From positions 1 through 64,000 of the forward strand of contig CAXXXF010000001.1 of assembly GCA_963667175.2 (NCBI GenBank): 64,000 nt of DNA. The letters are read 5' to 3'. Positions 19,815 through 28,915 of the stretch are shown here, one piece after another (position 1 is the stretch's first letter; each line of letters begins with the position of its first letter). The stretch comes from Candidatus Latescibacterota bacterium (GTDB lineage: Bacteria; Latescibacterota; UBA2968; GCA-2709665). Both the position numbers and the translations under genes were made by a program. A model generated the notes under the pieces. That model was not told where the DNA came from. It did no database searches and was given only the letters and a program-made list of their open reading frames with translations.

Positions 19815-20159
19815 TCACACAGGGTCGTAGATGCAGGCATCCAGAATGCTCAGCACTTCATTGAGCACAGTCCGCGGCGCACTCGAAACCCGCTCCACCC
19901 TCCGGCTGGCGTGATCGACTGATTTGATCTGCTCGACCATAATGTAGCCGCCAACAGCCTGTCCTTCCGGGATCTTCACATGAAACGGGATATCTCGGAA
20001 CGTGCTGGTGATCGGGCACACCATCGCGAGCCCGGTATGTCTGTTGAACAACGTATTGCTGATGACCAGAGCGGGGCGACGGCCCAATTGCTCGTGTCCG
20101 GACTGGGGACTGAAACTCAACATGACAAAATCGCCTTTCTCGGGAACATATCCTGACAT
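19815..20159 (-). CDS. mazF: MazF/PemK toxin
   Basis: Y.P..GD....F.PQ.GHEQ.G.RPALV.S...FN..TG....CPITS. Confidence 0.95.
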   Translation of the reverse strand: MSGYVPEKGDFVMLSFSPQSGHEQLGRRPALVISNTLFNRHTGLAMVCPITSTFRDIPFHVKIPEGQAVGGYIMVEQIKSVDHASRRVERVSSAPRTVLNEVLSILDACIYDPV

Positions 20160-20408
20160 CTACCACACTTCCTTCCCCGCGGGCTTTCCCCAGTCCAATG
20201 CTTCGACTTGATAGTCCGAAGGCATTCTGGAAATCAGTTCATTCAGATCGTACGTCCCCCGCACTCTGGAAAAGGGTTCGACGATAATCTGGCCGTCTCT
20301 CACGGAGACGTTGACCTGATCGCCAACATTGATTCGGGCTTCCGCCATAATTGATTTGGAAAAACGAAGCCCCTGGCTGTTGCCCCATTTCTGTACTCTG
20401 GTCACCAT
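20160..20408 (-). CDS. mazE: MazE/AbrB antitoxin
   Basis: VQKWGNSQGLR and C-terminal DWG.P.G.EVW. Confidence 0.95.
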   Translation of the reverse strand: MVTRVQKWGNSQGLRFSKSIMAEARINVGDQVNVSVRDGQIIVEPFSRVRGTYDLNELISRMPSDYQVEALDWGKPAGKEVW

Positions 20409-20441
20409 CAGTTGCCTCCTCGAAATCATAACGCCAGTGAA

Positions 20442-20460
20442 GTATATACAAAGTATATAC
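20442..20460. promoter_or_regulatory. Putative MazE operator
   Basis: GTATATAC-AAA-GTATATAC just upstream of mazE. Confidence 0.6.
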
Positions 20461-20528
20461 AAGCATTAATCCGGAAGCAAGCGGATTCACAGACACTGGG
20501 TCGACGCGTTATTCGGCATGGATCGGCA

Positions 20529-20972
20529 TCAACCTGCCAATCTTTCCATTTGAACGTGGGTAGAATCCTCATTGAAGATTGAAAACCCCAGCCTGCGGTA
20601 GAACGCGATACCGCGGGTGTTGATCTTGAGTACCTGAAGGGTTACGGCCTTTTTCTGTGCTCGCGCATCCGCGACAATGCGGTTCATGCACGCCGACCCG
20701 AGCCCTTTTCCCTGGTACTCGGGAAGGACGAACATCTGATGGATTCTGACCGAATCGGCTGTGGCGGAGGTGGAAAAGTAGCCAATGTATTTTGATTGAA
20801 ACCGGATGATTCGGACATCCTGTGAAGTAAACCGCGCATCGTGCATTTTCCGCTGGCGGATATGATCCCAATCCCAGACCTGGTCGATGTACTCCCTGAA
20901 CGCCGCCTCCTTCACGGCGAAGACGAAGTCGCTGTCCCCCTCGAACGCCTGGCGAATGCTCAATCCATCCAT
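20529..20972 (-). CDS. GNAT acetyltransferase
   Basis: VLPEYQGKGLG, L.VLK.N..G..FY.RLGF. Confidence 0.9.
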   Translation of the reverse strand: MDGLSIRQAFEGDSDFVFAVKEAAFREYIDQVWDWDHIRQRKMHDARFTSQDVRIIRFQSKYIGYFSTSATADSVRIHQMFVLPEYQGKGLGSACMNRIVADARAQKKAVTLQVLKINTRGIAFYRRLGFSIFNEDSTHVQMERLAG

Positions 20973-20986
20973 AACAGCGTCGAAAT

Positions 20987-21096
20987 CCCCCCACCGCATC
21001 AGCCATCGCCGACCCTCCGACACGCTTCGACAAGCACAGGGACCGAACTCAGGGATCGGCTCGGCTTCTGCGACTCCCCCTCAAGGGGGGAGTGAT
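20987..21096. repeat. REP-like composite repeat family B; second copy at 38302-38446
   Basis: CCACCGCATCAGCCATCGCC...GGCTCGGCTTCTGCGACTCCCCCTCAAGGGGGG.GTGAT shared. Confidence 0.85.
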
Positions 21097-21131
21097 CGGC
21101 CTGTCAATCGGGCACGCGCAATCACTTCCAC

Positions 21132-21722
21132 CTATTTGGTTGCGGTTGAACTACGCGAATCAACGATAGGGCATATCTCGACCACGCGAAAGTCGGGGCG
21201 GCACAGGACGCCCCAGGAAGGCAAACCCAATCGCTTCCACAGCGCGAACGGTTCCAGTTCGGAGATCCGGCTCACGAAAAGGCTCAACACGGTGCCATGC
21301 GAAACGATGGCGATTTTCTTATGTCGAAACCGATCTGAGAGTCCATACACGGCCTTCGAAAACCTGTCGTGCGCTTGATCCGCCGTCTCCTCGCCGAAGA
21401 CCAGGTCCGCCGGCCGGCAGAAAAAACGCTCGACCGATCGCTCGAATCGCCCCTTTTCCAGGAAGCCGACGTTGGCGCGCTCGTGTTCGTGCAATCCTTC
21501 GACGATTTCTATCGGGACATCCAGCACGCGGGCAGCGATTTCAGCCGTTTCCACGGCCTTGGGTTCATCGCTGCTCACAACCAGATCGAGATCGTATCCG
21601 CCCAATTTCTCGCCAAGTATCCGCGAACGAGACCGGCCTTTGTCAGACAGGCGCCACTTCCTGGCCGGGACGCCAGGATCGACCACCGGTAACGAGTGTT
21701 TGACGAGAACAAGAAAAGACAT
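21132..21722 (-). CDS. Histidine phosphatase family protein
   Basis: LVKHS, SS.EPKA.ETA, LHEH, IVSHG. Confidence 0.85.
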   Translation of the reverse strand: MSFLVLVKHSLPVVDPGVPARKWRLSDKGRSRSRILGEKLGGYDLDLVVSSDEPKAVETAEIAARVLDVPIEIVEGLHEHERANVGFLEKGRFERSVERFFCRPADLVFGEETADQAHDRFSKAVYGLSDRFRHKKIAIVSHGTVLSLFVSRISELEPFALWKRLGLPSWGVLCRPDFRVVEICPIVDSRSSTATK

Positions 21723-21817
21723 CGTGGGGCAATGACTCCTCTCCGATCCGCATGAGAGGCCGAGAACCGGGATCGTAACGCGGTTTGGATGCTGACATCA
21801 TGTTGTTAAACAAATAG

Positions 21818-22093
21818 TTACTTCAAGCTTAATACCAGCTCTTTTCCCAATGCCCTGGCCGCTTTTCTCAGCGTCGACAGCCGGATGTCTCCAGCACGGT
21901 TTTCCAGGCGGGAAATCGCCGTTTTTTTTGTATGCATCAACCTGGCAAGCTGCTCCTGCGTCAAGCCGGCCTCCTCCCGAGCCTGCCGCAGCAAAACGCC
22001 GAATTCGAACTCCTTATACCCTTCCTCAAATCCCTCTGCGAATTCAGGATCGGACGCTTTCCGACTCGCAATATATCTTTCTACATCGCTCAT
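21818..22093 (-). CDS. XRE-HTH antitoxin (HigA-like)
   Basis: L.QAREEAGLTQ.QLA....TKK.AISR.EN; ATGA overlap with the toxin gene. Confidence 0.9.
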   Translation of the reverse strand: MSDVERYIASRKASDPEFAEGFEEGYKEFEFGVLLRQAREEAGLTQEQLARLMHTKKTAISRLENRAGDIRLSTLRKAARALGKELVLSLK

Positions 22094-22452
22094 GATTCAC
22101 GCTCCCTTTGACGATTCAAGTAATCTCGCCTGTACGCCTCAGCTCTTCTAATCTCTCGCGGATTGGTCTTCAGTGTCTTCTTCAAATATCCGTGAGTGAG
22201 AGTTAGCCTATTGCCGGTTGTGAAAAAACCAAAGATTCGAAAGGTACCCGTCTGGGTTGGAATCCTGCATTCCCAGATGTCCAGTGTACCGACCAGTTTC
22301 TTAAGGAAATGCGGCGGAATCCGGTCTATCCGCTCCATGAGTCTAAACAACCACAAGACCTTCTGAGCATCTTTGGGAGCCAATCTGCCAAGGAAGCTCT
22401 CAACCGGACACTTTCCATCTTCTGTGCGATAGAATTCAACACGCATTGCCAT
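22090..22452 (-). CDS. RelE/ParE (HigB/Gp49-like) toxin
   Basis: FY.TE.G..PV..FL, IWECR, RIF.F, LTHG..KKT.KT..REI..A. Confidence 0.9.
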   Translation of the reverse strand: MAMRVEFYRTEDGKCPVESFLGRLAPKDAQKVLWLFRLMERIDRIPPHFLKKLVGTLDIWECRIPTQTGTFRIFGFFTTGNRLTLTHGYLKKTLKTNPREIRRAEAYRRDYLNRQRERES

Positions 22453-22554
22453 TCAGGAGGATAACATATTCGTTAACTTCAGGCAATAAAAAAACGCCGA
22501 ATGAGATCCCGATAATTCCCGAGACGCGGCTGGTTGCGGCCCTGCGCGCATTAT

Positions 22555-23028
22555 TTATTCGTCCGGGTCAAACGGTTCTTCGGGCGGCTCGCCCCTGGAT
22601 AGGCTCTCCAGTACAGAATGAAGATCGCGCGGCCAAAACGTCTTTTCAAACCTGCCAACGTCGTCAATCGACCACCAGCGGAATTCGCGGAAGGCCGATG
22701 CCTCGCCGCGCGCGGGATTCGCGTCCATGGACGGTTCGAAGGGTTCAGTCTGAACCCAATAGAAGTATTCGTTCTGGCTGTATTCGCGGTTGTCCCACGT
22801 GAATTCGATCCGCCTGGTCCATACCATTTGTCCCACTGAGAATCTCGTTGCGCCTGTCTCCTCCGCGACCTCCCGGCGAAGCGCATCCTCGTCAGATTCA
22901 CCGGGTTCCAGACCTCCACCGGGAGTCACCCAGAACTCATTTCCCGATACCGGTTCCTGGACCCTCATCAGCAGAACCCGCCGGCCCGACGTCAACATCA
23001 CCGCTCGTACAACCCGTCTCTTGATCAT
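22555..23028 (-). CDS. NUDIX hydrolase
   Basis: W.TPGGG.E.GES...ALRRE..EETG. Confidence 0.9.
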   Translation of the reverse strand: MIKRRVVRAVMLTSGRRVLLMRVQEPVSGNEFWVTPGGGLEPGESDEDALRREVAEETGATRFSVGQMVWTRRIEFTWDNREYSQNEYFYWVQTEPFEPSMDANPARGEASAFREFRWWSIDDVGRFEKTFWPRDLHSVLESLSRGEPPEEPFDPDE

Positions 23029-23058
23029 GGCCCTGCCCGTTTTGCGAAAATATCCACC

Positions 23059-24036
23059 TCAACTCTCCGATGAATCAATCCAGATACCGGACGTCGTTTC
23101 GGGAACCCTGTTCGAATCGACTTGCGATGCCAATTCGTCGAGAAGCAACCGTATAGAGTGTTCGTCCCCTTCAATGAAGAGCGGAGCCAAAGGGCCCCGG
23201 CCGTGCAGGGTCTGCAGCAGCAGGTCAATCGCCATCATTCGCCGTTCCGGCGTCCTGCAATTCGGCCATGACCGCACGAAATCTTGCGCCGCCTGCGGGT
23301 GGCCGGTGGTGAGGGACTTCGCGCTCTTGCGCCAGGCCTGCCAATTGAAGACGTGACCGCAGCCCGGACATTCGAGTCTCTCGTCGCGCTTCTTAAGCCC
23401 TTTCCGATAGTCCCTCCACCGTCGTCTGTAGCCACAGCCCCTGCACCGGATTTCGCCGCCCGAATGATGTGCTTTGCCATCGCATGCAGGACATCTCAGC
23501 CGTTTATTACCTGCGGATCGATCTCCTCGTTGATGACCGGCCGCATCGGGTTTGCGTATCACGTCGTTGCAATTGGGGCATAGGAGCCGCACCCGCGATC
23601 CGACCGAACGTTGGTAGGCTTTGGGATCCCATTTCCTTCCACAGTTGCAGCGGAGTTGGCCCTGGCCCCTTAAGAGAGTGCGGCAATCAAAACAGCGGGG
23701 CCTTTTCCGGAGCGCCTTGCGGCACTCTGTCCAGAAGAGCCGCCTGGCGCAGTGCGGACAGTGAAACCAGCGGCCGCGATCACCGTGCCAACCCATGCCG
23801 TACAGGGGATCAATTCGACGCTGCACCCGCGTGTTGCATTCAGGGCAGGGCACTCGTCCAAGCTGGAATGCGTCGGCGACAGCCAGAATGTCCGCGCTAC
23901 GGGCATAGAGTGAAGTGCCAACGTCGTCGAGGGCATGTTTGTCGTAAATGCCCATGCCGGCGAACCGGTAGAGACGCCGGATTCGCGTCTGACTGACTCT
24001 CGGCGCCCATTTCAAAGCATTATCGCCCTGTGGCAT
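23059..24036 (-). CDS. Hypothetical basic protein with multiple zinc-ribbon motifs
   Basis: CPEC, CPHC, CFDC, CNC, CPNC, CPAC, CRGC, CPGC; start uncertain. Confidence 0.7.
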   Translation of the reverse strand: MPQGDNALKWAPRVSQTRIRRLYRFAGMGIYDKHALDDVGTSLYARSADILAVADAFQLGRVPCPECNTRVQRRIDPLYGMGWHGDRGRWFHCPHCARRLFWTECRKALRKRPRCFDCRTLLRGQGQLRCNCGRKWDPKAYQRSVGSRVRLLCPNCNDVIRKPDAAGHQRGDRSAGNKRLRCPACDGKAHHSGGEIRCRGCGYRRRWRDYRKGLKKRDERLECPGCGHVFNWQAWRKSAKSLTTGHPQAAQDFVRSWPNCRTPERRMMAIDLLLQTLHGRGPLAPLFIEGDEHSIRLLLDELASQVDSNRVPETTSGIWIDSSES

Positions 24037-24494
24037 AACGGATTGTCCTGTTTTGTCAGACAGCTCGCCGGACCATACCCGTCCGTCCTGTCCGGCGATC
24101 CGAGTCGACGGAGGGAATATGGTCTTAAAGTGGGACAAGATCAAGTCCCCCCTCCCCCGTTTCATGATTCTACATCCACGGAAGGATATATATAATTTAC
24201 TGTTATTAAATTATTTAAATGAAAAAAAAATGCGAAAAAATCAGGCGATTTTCTGTAAGCGATAGCTTGTGAGCCGTTCGGTGGGAGGGGCTGAAGAATC
24301 CGGTTAATGGTGGGGTATTGACAAAATGCGATGGCTTGCGGTTTCGCGCTGATCGTCAGGGCGGCGACGGTCTCCATCCGGTTCCTGGGCCGAATTGGTT
24401 TCGGGGAATCCGCCCGCAGACGTCGCTCATAAGCGATCCTGAATCAAGCCGTCGGCCGTCGGGGAAACAAAGAGAGACTTCCGGATTTCCGGTA

Positions 24495-26921
24495 TCATTC
24501 CTGACGTAGGACGTCGGCCGGATTTGCCCGAGCAGCTCTAGCGGCCCGCCAACTGACGGTCAACAGAGCCAAGCCAAGCGCCAATGTGGCAGAGAGCGCG
24601 AATGTCCACCAACCGACGTCGATCCGATAGGCGAAGTCCTGGAGCCAGGTATCCGCGGCATAATGGGCCACGGGCCAGACGATGACGATAGCGATAAACA
24701 CCAGCTTCAAAAAGTCCCTGGACAGCAGGGCAACAACGCCGAAGGCTGACCCGCCGAGAACTTTGCGTATGCCGATTTCTTTCGTGCGACGCTCTGCGGT
24801 GAAGGATGCGAGACCGAATAATCCGAGAAAGGCGACAAAGATCGCCAGTCCCGAGAATACACCGAAGATGCGCATCAGTCGAATCTCGTCTATATATAGC
24901 CTATCGAAGTCAAAATATGTGTCCAGAAATGTATAGTGAAAATGCACCGCTAGTGCCAATTCAGCGCATTTCTCCCGCAGGAACGATAGAGCAGCAGGAA
25001 AAGTACCGGGTCGGAGCTTTATGACGAATTCCGGAGCATGCCAGACATATCCTGGATCCATATTCAGACGTAACGCCATTGGTTCGATTTCGTGGTGTAG
25101 CGACCGGATATGGAAATCCTGCACGATACCCACAATCGTGCCGTTCGATTCGACTAAGTCTCCCCAATTCATATGAACCTTCTGACCGGTCGTTGTTCCA
25201 ATACCCATAACCCGTGCAGCCGATGCATTTAATATAACTCCGTCATAGGACCTGCTGGCGAATATGGACCTGAAATTCTGCCCGGCGATCAGTTCAATTC
25301 CTAGTGTCTTAAGGTAATCCTGATCGATATACATTGTCTTTATTCTCGTCGGTTTGCTTTCAGGCGCGTCTATCAATGTATACGTGCCTCGACTCCAAAT
25401 GTGGTTACCTGGCACGTGAGTTGCAAAAGACACGCTGAGTATATTCGGGTTTCGCTTCAGTTCGTACTTTATCGTCCGGACGCGGCGCTCAACGGAACGC
25501 ACGTCATTGTCGATTCCCCGTGCATCGAGTACAACTACATCCCGCTTATCAAAGCCCAGATTCTTGTATCTGATGAAATGCAACTGCCTAATCACCACGA
25601 TTGTTGCTCCGATCAGACCGATGGAGATTACAAATTGGAAGACGATAAGGCCCTTGCGAAATCCTGCGCTCCTGGGTGTAGCTCTTGACAGATCCTTCAT
25701 CATCACGATGGGACTGACATGCGAAAGGAAGAATGCCGGATAGCTCCCTGCCAGTATGCCGACAACCAGTGCGCCAACGCTCAACGTAAGAAGAAAACGT
25801 CCGTTGTAGTCGACCGCAAGGGACCTGTTCACGGCAGCATTCAGGATTGGCAGGAACATCTCCGTAAGCATTACGGCAGCGGCAAATGCAATTGCCGCGA
25901 ATATAACCGCTTCACCCAGGAACTGCTGTATCAGTTGCCGGCGGTGCGCCCCCATGACTTTGCGCAGACCCGCTTCCCGTGCCCGGCTGGCTGAGCGCGC
26001 GGTTGCCAGATTCATATAGTTCGCGCAGGCAATCAACAGGATCAGAACACCCACAGAACCAAACAAGTACAGTTCATTTATGTCGCGATTAGCGCCCAGT
26101 TCCCGCTCCATATGAGAATGCAAATGGATATCCGTAAGGGGCATAAGCAGGCATGGCATACTCGACATCCGCACGCGCGAGACGGATTTGTCGCCTGCAT
26201 CGTCTGGTGTGAACTGATGTGGCAGCCAGACACTGATTTTTTTCGCCAATTCACCAGGTAATGCCTTCTCGCTGAGAATAAGATAGGTGTAGGCGATACC
26301 TTGCTGCAGTTCACCGTCCGGATTGTCCGCATAAGGCACCAGTCCCTGGAAGTTAAAGTGGGTATGCCGCGGAATCTCGTCAAGTACCCCCATGACCTTC
26401 ACCGTTCTCTCAGATGAATAGCCCGCATGTATTCTCAATGCCTTACCCATGGGGTCAGCGTCGCCGAAGTAGCGTTTCGCCATGTCCTGGGATATCACGA
26501 TCGCGTCAGGCGACGTCAGCGAGGTACCCGGATCTCCCTGCACAAGTGAAAACGAGAATACGTCGAAGAAGGTCGAGGTCGCATACAACAACCCTTCCTC
26601 GGAAAATTCACGGTCCCGATATGACATCCGGGTACCTGTCTTTGATACACGCGCAATGCGGACGGCCTGTTCAATATCGGGAAAGTCCGCAACGAGCTTT
26701 GGTCCAAGATGTGCAAAAGTCGATGCATCATTCCAGGTAGAGAACCGATAGATGCGATCGGCGTGCTGGTGAAATCGGTCGTAACGCAATTCATCCTCGA
26801 TTAACAGCCCAATCATCAGGCAGCACGCGATCCCTACTGAAAGCCCGACGATATTGATGGCCGAGTAGAGCTTGTAGCGACGCATATTGCGAAAGGTAAT
26901 GAGAAGCACGTTTCGAAACAT
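24495..26921 (-). CDS. MacB/FtsX-family ABC transporter permease (duplicated architecture)
   Basis: INI.GLS.G, LLIAC.NYMNLATARS..RA.E.G.RK, R.KEIGIRKVLG. Confidence 0.95.
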   Translation of the reverse strand: MFRNVLLITFRNMRRYKLYSAINIVGLSVGIACCLMIGLLIEDELRYDRFHQHADRIYRFSTWNDASTFAHLGPKLVADFPDIEQAVRIARVSKTGTRMSYRDREFSEEGLLYATSTFFDVFSFSLVQGDPGTSLTSPDAIVISQDMAKRYFGDADPMGKALRIHAGYSSERTVKVMGVLDEIPRHTHFNFQGLVPYADNPDGELQQGIAYTYLILSEKALPGELAKKISVWLPHQFTPDDAGDKSVSRVRMSSMPCLLMPLTDIHLHSHMERELGANRDINELYLFGSVGVLILLIACANYMNLATARSASRAREAGLRKVMGAHRRQLIQQFLGEAVIFAAIAFAAAVMLTEMFLPILNAAVNRSLAVDYNGRFLLTLSVGALVVGILAGSYPAFFLSHVSPIVMMKDLSRATPRSAGFRKGLIVFQFVISIGLIGATIVVIRQLHFIRYKNLGFDKRDVVVLDARGIDNDVRSVERRVRTIKYELKRNPNILSVSFATHVPGNHIWSRGTYTLIDAPESKPTRIKTMYIDQDYLKTLGIELIAGQNFRSIFASRSYDGVILNASAARVMGIGTTTGQKVHMNWGDLVESNGTIVGIVQDFHIRSLHHEIEPMALRLNMDPGYVWHAPEFVIKLRPGTFPAALSFLREKCAELALAVHFHYTFLDTYFDFDRLYIDEIRLMRIFGVFSGLAIFVAFLGLFGLASFTAERRTKEIGIRKVLGGSAFGVVALLSRDFLKLVFIAIVIVWPVAHYAADTWLQDFAYRIDVGWWTFALSATLALGLALLTVSWRAARAARANPADVLRQE

Positions 26922-27129
26922 GACTGGGCGTCCCTGATGTACCAGTTTGGCAGGAGAAAGACGTCCGAATTCAACAGGCGATAGATTGATCCAGATAAAA
27001 CAATATCCGTGCCACATGTACATGTCACGGTTTAACAGTCAGTTATTGCAAAAGAGAAATTACCGAAGCAATCGGAAAGTGTTCGTTTATGGGACAGTAT
27101 TGTTCGAAAACGGACACTAAAGGCGTTGG

Positions 27130-27680
27130 ACCCTCACCCCCCATCCTCCGCAAGCAGCCAATAAGCTGTCAGCACTCAGCTCTCAGCCGTCAGCTTGAAC
27201 CAAAAACCAATCAGTTGACGTCAGCGCGGTGAGGAGTCAGGATCGGATGGGGCGCGTCGAGGGCAGGATGCCCTCGGTCCGGAGGAACGGAAATCAGTGG
27301 ACAGTGGCAAGTGGTCAGTGGTCAGTGAAAAGCGTGGAGACCGGAGAGGAAATGAGTGCCTAAGAAACGGGTAGACGTTAGACGGGAGAGGGGAGAGATT
27401 GGCTGCCGTGTGCAGGTTCATCTCTTGCCGGAGGCATAAAGGTAGAACCAATCGGGCAAGGATGTCATCTACCGTCTTGCGTCTCACGTCTCACCGCCAT
27501 CAGGGGTCCTATCCCCCGGGTCCGAAAAGCAGCAAACGCAGCTATCAGCCAGAAGCCGTCAGCTTGAACGAAAAGCAACCCATTGACGTCAACGCCGTGA
27601 AATGAAAGGACCAACTGGCGGCGTTTCGAGGGCAGGATGCCCTCGCTCCCAGGGAGAAACGGGAGACGGGAGTACGGTGA
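27130..27680. repeat. Large composite repeat island
   Basis: CAGC/CAGTGG heptamer runs, two CGAGGGCAGGATGCCCTCG hairpins, and a 127-bp element shared with 60111-60237. Confidence 0.85.
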
Positions 27681-27700
27681 GATATTTCTGGGACCGGGAA

Positions 27701-28804
27701 CTACACCAGCCCGAGGTCCTCATAGATGGCGCTGTTGGTCTCTCTGTTGCGCACCTGGTGGGCGCGTTCTCCCGGTGTGCCGTTGAAGATGCATACGACG
27801 ACGAGACTCGCATCGGGGTCCACGAAGGCGATCGACGACTGATAGCCCGCATTGCCAAACGTACGAGGTGCGGCGTAGCGCCCGAAACCGTAGGGAACCG
27901 AGTCTTTGCCGTAGATGTTGGAGTTGACATAGAATCCCAGACCCATATCCACAATGTGACCCAGAATTTCGTCCTTCATGCCCGTTCGATGGCGGGCGGT
28001 AATCGCTTCAACGGTCTGGGGACGAAGCAGTTGCTTCCCTTTAAACGTGCCTTTCCCGAGCAGCATCTCGTAGAAACGGCCCAACTCCCTCGCCGGTCCC
28101 CTTCCACTGCCACCAGGCACACATCGACCGATCGTTCGCTGCAAATCCACGCTGTAGTGCGACGGCTCGGGCGCTCCCCCGGCGGTATCGTACATCAGTC
28201 CGATCCGGTCCCTTTTCGCCTGGTACGTGGACGCATCCATCGAGAGGCTGCAGTTGGGCATATCCAGCGGTTCGAAAATTTCCTGATGCGCGTATATGTC
28301 GAATACCCTGCCGCTCTTGCGCGAGACGATCTCGCCGAGCACAAACCAGGCGTTCGCCACGTCATACCGCGCCCGTCTCCCTGGCAACCAGTCGTCCCGC
28401 AAGGGCGCATCGCAGATGGCGGCGACGATCTCGTCCCATGAAGATTCAAACCACGCGATATCCACGGGGCCGATTCCGCCGGTATGTGTCAACAGATGCC
28501 GAAACGTCAGACCCGCTTTTCCGCCGGCGCCGAATTCCGGCAGGTGGAGGCAGACGGGATCGTCGATCTCGATCTGACCCTGCTCCCACGTCTGTGCGAC
28601 GGCAACCGCGGTGATACCCTTCGTCAACGACATCCAGACGGTCATCGTATCACTCGTCATCGTACGGGTTGTCGTCGCGTTCCCGACGGCCGCGTCTGCA
28701 ACGACATTACCTTCTATTGACACATAGAGCTGCGCACCCAAATGGAGGCCATCTCTGACGCCTGCATGAAGGAGATCAACGGTCCGTGTCAGCGGTACAT
28801 CCAT
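27701..28804 (-). CDS. Serine hydrolase, beta-lactamase-related family
   Basis: SxxK (SLTK), HLLTHTGG, PG....Y, FG.AG. Confidence 0.9.
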   Translation of the reverse strand: MDVPLTRTVDLLHAGVRDGLHLGAQLYVSIEGNVVADAAVGNATTTRTMTSDTMTVWMSLTKGITAVAVAQTWEQGQIEIDDPVCLHLPEFGAGGKAGLTFRHLLTHTGGIGPVDIAWFESSWDEIVAAICDAPLRDDWLPGRRARYDVANAWFVLGEIVSRKSGRVFDIYAHQEIFEPLDMPNCSLSMDASTYQAKRDRIGLMYDTAGGAPEPSHYSVDLQRTIGRCVPGGSGRGPARELGRFYEMLLGKGTFKGKQLLRPQTVEAITARHRTGMKDEILGHIVDMGLGFYVNSNIYGKDSVPYGFGRYAAPRTFGNAGYQSSIAFVDPDASLVVVCIFNGTPGERAHQVRNRETNSAIYEDLGLV

Positions 28805-28857
28805 CGGCTATCCTGATTTCCCATCGCTTCGGATCCAGCCAGAAACGAATCCGTCCC

Positions 28858-28895
28858 AGCGCGTCGAGGGCAGGATGCCCTCGCTCCCGGAGGAG
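28858..28895. repeat. REP-like hairpin
   Basis: GCGCGTCGAGGGCAGGATGCCCTCGCTCCCGG; also near 11129, 27258, 27627 and inverted near 59875. Confidence 0.8.
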
Positions 28896-28915
28896 CCGGC
28901 GGTCTCCACTGCTCC

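Noticed and set aside
24165-24260. AT-rich tract as replication origin or mobile element end
   Set aside because: No DnaA boxes, iterons or convincing inverted repeats; more likely a promoter region.
27701-28804. True beta-lactamase
   Set aside because: Motifs fit the broad esterase/serine hydrolase family, with no signal peptide and no class-defining KTG motif.
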